From an uncultured Eubacteriales bacterium (GTDB taxonomy: Bacteria; Bacillota; Clostridia; Oscillospirales; CAG-272): 64,000 nucleotides of DNA. Positions 58,701 to 64,000 of this stretch are shown here, piece after piece. The translations under genes and the position numbers were made by a program. The stretch covers positions 24,691-88,690 of the forward strand of contig CAKSLU010000003.1 of assembly GCA_934474225.1 (NCBI GenBank), written 5' to 3'. The notes below the pieces were generated by a model. It made no database searches, was not told the origin of the DNA, and saw only the letters and a list, made by a program, of their open reading frames with translations. Every line of letters starts with the position of its first letter. Positions within the stretch are counted from its first letter, which is position 1.

Positions 58701-60533
58701 GTGGTAAGAGAAGATTTGAGAAATATTGCGATCATCGCGCACGTTGACCACGGCAAGACCACGCTGGTGGACGAAATGCTCCGCCAGGGCGGCATTTACC
58801 GTGAGAACCAGGCGACCACCGAGCGCGTCATGGACTCGGGCGACCTGGAGCGCGAACGCGGCATCACCATTCTGGCAAAGAACACGGCGGTGCACTACAA
58901 CGGTGTGAAGATCAACATCGTCGATACCCCCGGCCACGCGGATTTCGGCGGCGAGGTCGAGCGCATCCTGAAGATGGTCAACGGCGTTCTGCTGCTGGTG
59001 GATGCAGCAGAGGGGCCGATGCCCCAGACCCGCTTTGTGCTGGAGCGCGCCCTGCAGCTTAACCATCGCGTCATCGTCGTCATCAATAAGATTGACAAGC
59101 CCGATGCCCGCATCAAAGAGGTCGAGGACGAGGTTCTCGAACTGTTCATGGAACTGAATGCAAACGAGGAGCAGCTGGACAGCCCGATGGTCTTCTGCTC
59201 GGGCAGAGCAGGCACAGCATCGCTCGATCCCGAAGTGCCCGGCACGGATTTGCGCCCCCTGTTTGACAAGATTCTCGAGTATATGCCCGCACCCGAGGGA
59301 GACGAAAACGGCGAGTTGCAGATGCTCGTTTCCTCCATCGACTATAATGACTATGTCGGCCGTATCGGCATCGGCAGAATCGAGCGCGGCGTGATTCGGC
59401 AGAATCAGGACATCATGATTTCCAATTACCATACGCCGGGCGTGCAGCGCCGTGCCAAGATCGTCAGCATCTATCAGATTGACGGTCTGACGCGCGTGCC
59501 CGTCGAGAGCGCCAAGGTCGGCGACATCATCTGCTTCAGCGGCGCCGAGGGCATCAACATCGGCGATACCGTCACCTCGCTCACCTGTGTTGAGCCGCTT
59601 GAATTTGTCAAGGTCAGCGAGCCGACGATGGAGATGACCTTCTCGGTCAACAAGAGCCCCTTTGCTGGCAAGGAAGGCAAGTTTGTCACCTCGCGCCACC
59701 TGCGTGAGAGACTGTACAAGGAACTGCTCAAGGATGTCTCGCTCCGCGTCAGCGACGGCGACACCACCGAGAGCTTCAAGGTTGCAGGCCGCGGCGAAAT
59801 GCACCTCTCTATTCTGATTGAGACGATGCGCCGCGAGGGCTACGAAATGGCTTGCAGCACGCCGAAGGTGCTCTTCCACGAGATCGACGGCAAGAAGTGC
59901 GAGCCTATCGAGCGCGTCATCATCGACTGCCCCGATATTTACAACGGCGCCGTCATGGAGAAGCTTGGTTCGCGCAAGGGCGAGCTTGTCACCATGGAGC
60001 CGCGCGGCACCACGCGCACGCGCCTCGAATATCTCGTCCCCACGCGCTGCCTGTTCGGTTACAGAAGCGAATTCATGACCGATACGCACGGCGAGGGCAT
60101 CATCAATACAATCTTTGATTCTTATCAGCCATACAAGGGCGATGTCACCACCCGTTTTACGGGTTCGCTCGTCGCCTCCGAGGCGGGCGAGTCCACCTCC
60201 TACGGTATCTTCAATGCGCAGGACCGCGGACAGATGTTCATCGGCGCGCAGTGCCCGGTTTATGAGGGCATGATTGTCGGCTCCAACCCCAAGCAGGGCG
60301 ACATCGCGGTCAACGTCTGCAAGAAGAAGCACCTCACGGCAATCCGCAGCGCGGGCGCGGACGAAGCGCTCCGCCTGGTCACGCCGAAGATTATGAGCCT
60401 CGAAGAGGCGATTGAGTACATCGCCGACGATGAGCTGATTGAGGTTACGCCGAAGAGCCTGCGCCTCCGCAAACGCATCCTCAATACGGAACTCCGCCTC
60501 AAGGAAGAAGCCAAGCTGAAAAAGCAAAACTGA
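58701..60533 (+). CDS. typA: translational GTPase TypA/BipA
   Basis: The G1 motif is AHVDHGKTT, followed by DTPGH and NKID. The protein is 610 aa. The GTG start lies 9 nt after AGAGG. Confidence 0.9.
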   Translation: MVREDLRNIAIIAHVDHGKTTLVDEMLRQGGIYRENQATTERVMDSGDLERERGITILAKNTAVHYNGVKINIVDTPGHADFGGEVERILKMVNGVLLLVDAAEGPMPQTRFVLERALQLNHRVIVVINKIDKPDARIKEVEDEVLELFMELNANEEQLDSPMVFCSGRAGTASLDPEVPGTDLRPLFDKILEYMPAPEGDENGELQMLVSSIDYNDYVGRIGIGRIERGVIRQNQDIMISNYHTPGVQRRAKIVSIYQIDGLTRVPVESAKVGDIICFSGAEGINIGDTVTSLTCVEPLEFVKVSEPTMEMTFSVNKSPFAGKEGKFVTSRHLRERLYKELLKDVSLRVSDGDTTESFKVAGRGEMHLSILIETMRREGYEMACSTPKVLFHEIDGKKCEPIERVIIDCPDIYNGAVMEKLGSRKGELVTMEPRGTTRTRLEYLVPTRCLFGYRSEFMTDTHGEGIINTIFDSYQPYKGDVTTRFTGSLVASEAGESTSYGIFNAQDRGQMFIGAQCPVYEGMIVGSNPKQGDIAVNVCKKKHLTAIRSAGADEALRLVTPKIMSLEEAIEYIADDELIEVTPKSLRLRKRILNTELRLKEEAKLKKQN

Positions 60534-60535
60534 AT

Positions 60536-60568
60536 AAAAAAGACCTGCTCGTATGAGCAGGTCTTTTT
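60536..60568 (+). terminator. intrinsic terminator after typA
   Basis: AAAAAAGACCTGCTCgtatGAGCAGGTCTTTTT. Confidence 0.85.
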
Positions 60569-60576
60569 GTCTAACA

Positions 60577-60768
60577 AAGCCTCCCCGGTAAAGGGAGGTG
60601 TCGGCGAAGCCGACGGAGGGATTGTTACAGAGCCAAGGAACAACCCCTCAGTCACCGTCAGGATGTTTTTCGGTTTCGCGCAGCGAAATCGTCGGTGTTC
60701 CGCCGACGAAGAAAAACTCCGCGAGACGCTTTGCGTCTCGTACAGCTCACCCCTTGCACAGGGGAGCC
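60577..60768 (+). repeat. structured dispersed repeat, copy B (with ~70-nt internal insertion)
   Basis: The outer parts match copy A: AAGCCTCCCcggtaaAGGGAGGTG, TCGGCgaaGCCGA, GGAGGGATTGTT..GGAACAACCCCTCAGTCA and CTCACCCCTTGCACAGGGGAGCC. The middle part adds the hairpins CGTCGGtgttcCGCCGACG and CGAGACGCtttGCGTCTCG. Confidence 0.8.
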
Positions 60769-60816
60769 GAAAGGCACGCCCCTACGGTTTGCGTGCGTTT
60801 CTTGTCTTAAAACTGT

Positions 60817-61173
60817 TTATTCACATCTGTGCGACGCCTTGTAGGCGTCCACCGCCTCGCTCAGCTTGTCGAGGAATGCCTCCTCGCCGAGCGTGTTGAT
60901 TTTGAAGAACATCGCCTGCGAACCGCCAGAGGTGATGGCGCAGAGATGCACCACGCCGTCCCCGGCGTCGGTCAGCGTCACGGCGAGGCTCACGCGGTTG
61001 CCGCCCATGTAACTGTAGCGCTCGTATACATTGAAGATGAAGCGCATATTGCCGACGGTGTAATCCGTGCCGTCCTCGTAACTTGCGGAGATGCTGCCGT
61101 TCAGAATTTCGCCGTGCAGATAGTCGGCAAGCGCGCCGATGCGCGTCTTGATTTCGCTTTCGTATTTTGCCAT
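60817..61173 (-). CDS. small hypothetical protein
   Basis: ATG at 61173 follows GGGGGAAA. This 118-aa ORF is well-formed and lies 66 nt downstream of sigF. I recognise no family with confidence. Confidence 0.55.
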   Translation of the reverse strand: MAKYESEIKTRIGALADYLHGEILNGSISASYEDGTDYTVGNMRFIFNVYERYSYMGGNRVSLAVTLTDAGDGVVHLCAITSGGSQAMFFKINTLGEEAFLDKLSEAVDAYKASHRCE

Positions 61174-61239
61174 GGATGTTTCCCCCTTTTGCAGAAGATA
61201 ACATCATTATATCGCTTTTTTCGCAGCATGGCAACTGTT

Positions 61240-61977
61240 TTAAGACGACAGCTCGTGCCGCAAAAATTCAATCAGCTTTTTCTCCTCGCGGGAGACCTTC
61301 ACCTGCGACAGCCCGAGAATCTCTGCCGTGGACTGTTGGGACAGGTCCTTGAAGTAGCGGAGCAGCACGATGCGCCGCCACAGCTCGGGCAGTTTGGCAA
61401 GCGCATCGGCAAGCGTGATTTTCTCCAGCATTTTCTCGTTGCCGTCCTCTTCACACAGCGTGTTTTCCAGCGTGAAGTTTTCGCCCTCATCGCCCAGCGG
61501 CTCGGAGAGCGACACGGCAGGGGAGACGGCGGAGAGCGCCGCGGCGGCTTCTTCGGGTGAGACCCCGCAGGCGACGGCAATCTCGTCAATGCGTGGGGAC
61601 GCGCCGTTTTTTGTGATGTATTCCTCCTTTGCCCGCATCAGCATCGCGCCGAGCTTTTTCTGCGGGCGGCAGACCTTGATGAGCCCGTCGTCGCGCAGAA
61701 AACGCCGGATTTCGCCGAAAATCAGCGGCACGGCATAGGTGGAGAACACGCAGCCGCGCGCCGCGTCAAAGCTGCGGATCGCCTTTAGCATGCCGATGTT
61801 GCCGATTTGCACGAGGTCTTCAAACTCCGTGCCGCGCCCGCAGAACTTGACGGCGATGCTTTGCACCAGTCCCGCGTTGCGGCGCATCAGCTCCTCGGTG
61901 GCATGCTCGTCGCCGTTTTGCGCCTCTTCAAGCAGCGAGAGGTTCTCTGCGTATTTTGCACCGGTTTCGATAGCCAT
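61240..61977 (-). CDS. sigF: sporulation sigma factor SigF
   Basis: It is the third gene after spoIIAA-spoIIAB. Region 2 reads DLVQIGNIGMLKAIRSFD...FSTYAVPLIFGEIRRFLRD. Region 4 reads LSQQSTAEILGLSQVKVSREEKK. Confidence 0.85.
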   Translation of the reverse strand: MAIETGAKYAENLSLLEEAQNGDEHATEELMRRNAGLVQSIAVKFCGRGTEFEDLVQIGNIGMLKAIRSFDAARGCVFSTYAVPLIFGEIRRFLRDDGLIKVCRPQKKLGAMLMRAKEEYITKNGASPRIDEIAVACGVSPEEAAAALSAVSPAVSLSEPLGDEGENFTLENTLCEEDGNEKMLEKITLADALAKLPELWRRIVLLRYFKDLSQQSTAEILGLSQVKVSREEKKLIEFLRHELSS

Positions 61978-62421
61978 TCAGATTTCCACGGGCGACAGCA
62001 CCTTTGTCAGCGTGACCTTGGTGTATTTGCCGACGACCGAGCGGAGCACGAGCTTGTCCATGAAGCTCTCCATCACGGCAAAACCCATGCCGCTGCGCTC
62101 CCCGCTGCCGTCGGTGGTGTAGAGCGGCGTTTTTGCCAGCTCCACATCTTCAATGCCGCAGCCCTTGTCCTTTATCTCAATTTTGATTTTTCGCGTGTCA
62201 TAGACCTTGACCGCTATGTAGATGTCGCCGGGGCGATTTTTGTAGGCGTGGACAATGCAGTTGGTCACCGCCTCGGAGACGGCGCATTTGATGTCGGCAA
62301 GTTCCTCGATGGTCGGGTTGAGCTGGGCGCAGAAGGCGGATACCATCGCGCGCGCCGCGCCCTCGTTTACCGAGAGGGCAGGCAGGACGAGATTCAGCCT
62401 GTTTGTGCAGATGTTACGCAT
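61978..62421 (-). CDS. spoIIAB: anti-sigma F factor (serine kinase) SpoIIAB
   Basis: ATG at 62421 follows GGAGGAAA and overlaps the spoIIAA 3' end. The N-box reads EAVTNCIVHAY and the G-box reads GERSGMGF. The stop abuts the sigF ATG. Confidence 0.85.
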   Translation of the reverse strand: MRNICTNRLNLVLPALSVNEGAARAMVSAFCAQLNPTIEELADIKCAVSEAVTNCIVHAYKNRPGDIYIAVKVYDTRKIKIEIKDKGCGIEDVELAKTPLYTTDGSGERSGMGFAVMESFMDKLVLRSVVGKYTKVTLTKVLSPVEI

Positions 62422-62764
62422 GTTCGTTTCCTCCGCTTTGTGTGGTTTCGATGGGAATGATGCGGGCAAGCCCCGCAAGCTCGATGATGCGCGCCACCCG
62501 CCGTGACGGGTTGGCGAGGGCAAAGGCAGCGCCCAGCTTTTCGGCAAAGACGCGGCGTCCCATAATGATGCCAAGCCCCGAACTGTCCATAAAGTCGACG
62601 GCACCGAGGTCGAGCACGACCTTGCGCGGGCGCGCGGCGAGGATGGCGTCGTCTATTTCTTCGCGCAAGTCCTTGGCGCTGTGGTGGTCCACTTCGCCGA
62701 CGATTTTGGCGCGCAGCACATCGCCGTCCTGTGTGCAGACGGTGCGTGTTTGTTTGCTTATCAT
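62414..62764 (-). CDS. spoIIAA: anti-sigma F factor antagonist SpoIIAA (STAS domain)
   Basis: The 116-aa protein carries the phosphorylatable-serine context DFMDSSGLG. Confidence 0.85.
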   Translation of the reverse strand: MISKQTRTVCTQDGDVLRAKIVGEVDHHSAKDLREEIDDAILAARPRKVVLDLGAVDFMDSSGLGIIMGRRVFAEKLGAAFALANPSRRVARIIELAGLARIIPIETTQSGGNEHA

Positions 62765-62856
62765 GTCTGTCTTCCTTTCTTTTGCCGGTTTCTGCTCTTA
62801 CTATAGCGCGCCGCGCCGTCGAAACTTGTAAAAGATGCGGGAATGCGCATTTGATA

Positions 62857-62885
62857 TTGAAAAATCTTTCCGTTTATGCTAAAAT
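62857..62885 (+). promoter_or_regulatory. candidate promoter for the CapA-family gene
   Basis: TTGAAA (62857-62862), a 17-nt spacer, then TGcTAAAAT (TAAAAT at 62880-62885). Confidence 0.5.
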
Positions 62886-62927
62886 AGCCGCAGACAACTG
62901 TCTGCGACTACAAAAAAGGATAGGAAT

Positions 62928-64000
62928 ATGAAGAAACTTTTACCGCTTTTGCTTGTTTTATGCCTGCTGCTTGCCGCCTGCGGCGATAAGCAGCCGAATG
63001 TGACCACCGACAGCGCCGCCTCCGAACAAACCGAGGATACGCTCGCGCCGCTGACCATCGACACCGAGCCGGTCGTGACCCCCACGGAGACACGCATCCA
63101 CTTTGCCGCCGTCGGGGACAACATCGGGCACGACTCCGTGGATGCCACCGCCGCCGCGCTGGCAACCGGTGGCAAGAAATACGACTTCACCGAGATTTAT
63201 GCCGGTATTGCCGACCGTGCAAAGGCGGCAGATGTGGCGTTTGTCAACCAGGAAGCACCGGTCGGCGGGGAAGAACTCGGCATCTCGGGCTACCCCAACT
63301 TCAATGCCCCGCACGAGGCGGTCGAGGGGCTGATGGACGCGGGCTTTGATGTCTTCAACATCGCCAACAACCACATGCTGGACAAGGGCGCAAAGGGGTA
63401 TATCAATACGATTGCCTATTTCAACACGCTGCCCGTCACCATGATCGGCGGGTATACAAAAAGCGACTATGACAACATCCGCACGCTCGAATGCAAGGGC
63501 GTGAAACTGGCGTTCCTGTCTTACACCACGCTGGTCAACAGCGGGCACGCGGGCGACCTGCCTGCATCGAGCGAATATATCATCCCCTATGCCAATGAGG
63601 CGGACATCCGCCGCCAGGTTGCCCTCGCCAAGGAAAGCGCCGATGTCGTGATTGCCTCGTTCCACTGGGGCACCGAGGATGCTTTCAAGGCGACGGCAGA
63701 GCAGACCAAATATGCAAAGCTCTGCGCCGACCTCGGCGTGGATGTTGTGCTCGGGCATCATTCTCATGTCGTCGGGGATGTGGAATTCCTCACGGGTGAG
63801 AGCGGCAACAAGACGCTCGTCGCTTACTCGCTCGGCAACTTCTGCGGCACGATGCTGAACATCCGCAACAATGTCGGTCTGATGCTCGAATTTGACATTG
63901 TCAAGGACGCGGACGGCATCATCACCGTGGAGAATGCCGTGGTCGAGCCGACGGTCAGCCATTATAAGACCGATACCTCGAAGACCGACCGGCAGGGGCT
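62928..64000 (+). CDS. CapA/PGA_cap-family metallophosphatase-like lipoprotein (3' end outside the window)
   Basis: This gene is not in the ORF track because there is no stop inside the window. I translated it by eye from the ATG at 62928, which follows AAAGGATAGG. The start reads MKKLLPLLLVLCLLLAACGDK (lipobox). Motifs are FAAVGDN, NIANNHMLD, SFHWGTE and GHHSHV. Confidence 0.75.
   Translation, partial: MKKLLPLLLVLCLLLAACGDKQPNVTTDSAASEQTEDTLAPLTIDTEPVVTPTETRIHFAAVGDNIGHDSVDATAAALATGGKKYDFTEIYAGIADRAKAADVAFVNQEAPVGGEELGISGYPNFNAPHEAVEGLMDAGFDVFNIANNHMLDKGAKGYINTIAYFNTLPVTMIGGYTKSDYDNIRTLECKGVKLAFLSYTTLVNSGHAGDLPASSEYIIPYANEADIRRQVALAKESADVVIASFHWGTEDAFKATAEQTKYAKLCADLGVDVVLGHHSHVVGDVEFLTGESGNKTLVAYSLGNFCGTMLNIRNNVGLMLEFDIVKDADGIITVENAVVEPTVSHYKTDTSKTDRQG

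Noticed and set aside
58692-60527. 611-aa minus-strand ORF opposite typA.
   Set aside because: typA has unmistakable GTPase motifs on the plus strand, so the antisense ORF is a shadow.
662-62604. N-terminal extensions in the ORF track (starts at 662, 15968, 16942, 20117, 23682, 25357, 27841, 30274, 32136, 41332, 47350, 54115, 55182, 57773 and 62604).
   Set aside because: In each case an internal ATG, GTG or TTG with a well-spaced SD is followed by a signal peptide, lipobox or conserved N-terminus. The extension overlaps an upstream gene, terminator or riboswitch.
62958-63962. 334-aa minus-strand ORF at the right end.
   Set aside because: The plus strand encodes a lipoprotein with CapA-family motifs, starting at 62928 with an SD and a lipobox. 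That gene is missing from the track only because its stop lies outside the window.

Overview
About 64 kb of a high-GC chromosome from an endospore-forming Clostridia-type Firmicute. Hand counts of single 60-nt lines give about 68% GC in the backbone. Sporulation markers are spoIIAA-spoIIAB-sigF, a LysM-GH18 cortex-hydrolase-like gene and a CotH kinase. From left to right the window holds: a zinc-ribbon membrane protein and a LysM/GH18 gene; a low-GC two-gene islet (Zn-ribbon His/Cys-tail membrane protein plus an ECF sigma with a long C-terminal extension); a GH127-like gene with a divergent AraC regulator; a solute-binding-protein (SBP)-like lipoprotein followed by an SLH-anchored beta-helix/GH43 protein; wecB coupled to a Card1/DUF1887-like gene; a CUT1-type sugar ABC operon (SBP, two permeases, YesL); a VTC-domain / DUF4956 / CotH triad convergent with a lipoprotein-response regulator-histidine kinase operon; a roughly 16 kb minus-strand glycan-degradation block (GH3, an unknown alpha/alpha-barrel-like protein, a giant beta-helix/GH43/SLH protein, then a lower-GC sub-operon with a clan GH-A enzyme, a BNR propeller, a beta-helix/CuAO-N-like protein and an SBP::beta-helix fusion); a second AraC regulator plus a 1456-aa beta-helix x3/GH43/SLH protein; a low-GC pair of small genes; tRNA-Ser(CGA) with two tandem tRNA-like elements; and a housekeeping minus-strand run (trkH, trkA, methyltransferase, cysteine desulfurase, lipoprotein, YnbB-like, murD), RNase P RNA, thiT with a TPP riboswitch, a HAD phosphatase, typA, the spoIIA operon and a partial CapA-family lipoprotein gene. 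No CRISPR array, integrase, transposase or rRNA was seen. The most interesting items are: (i) one uncharacterised beta-helix-like module present in 9 copies on 5 surface proteins, paired with SBP-like lipoproteins that have no adjacent permease; (ii) the VTC/DUF4956/CotH triad; (iii) tandem tRNA-like elements with a covarying closing stem next to tRNA-Ser; (iv) a five-hairpin dispersed repeat; (v) an orphan, apparently degenerate CARF/Card1-like gene; and (vi) the ECF sigma fusion islet. All family assignments rest on motif recognition by eye, because no searches could be run.
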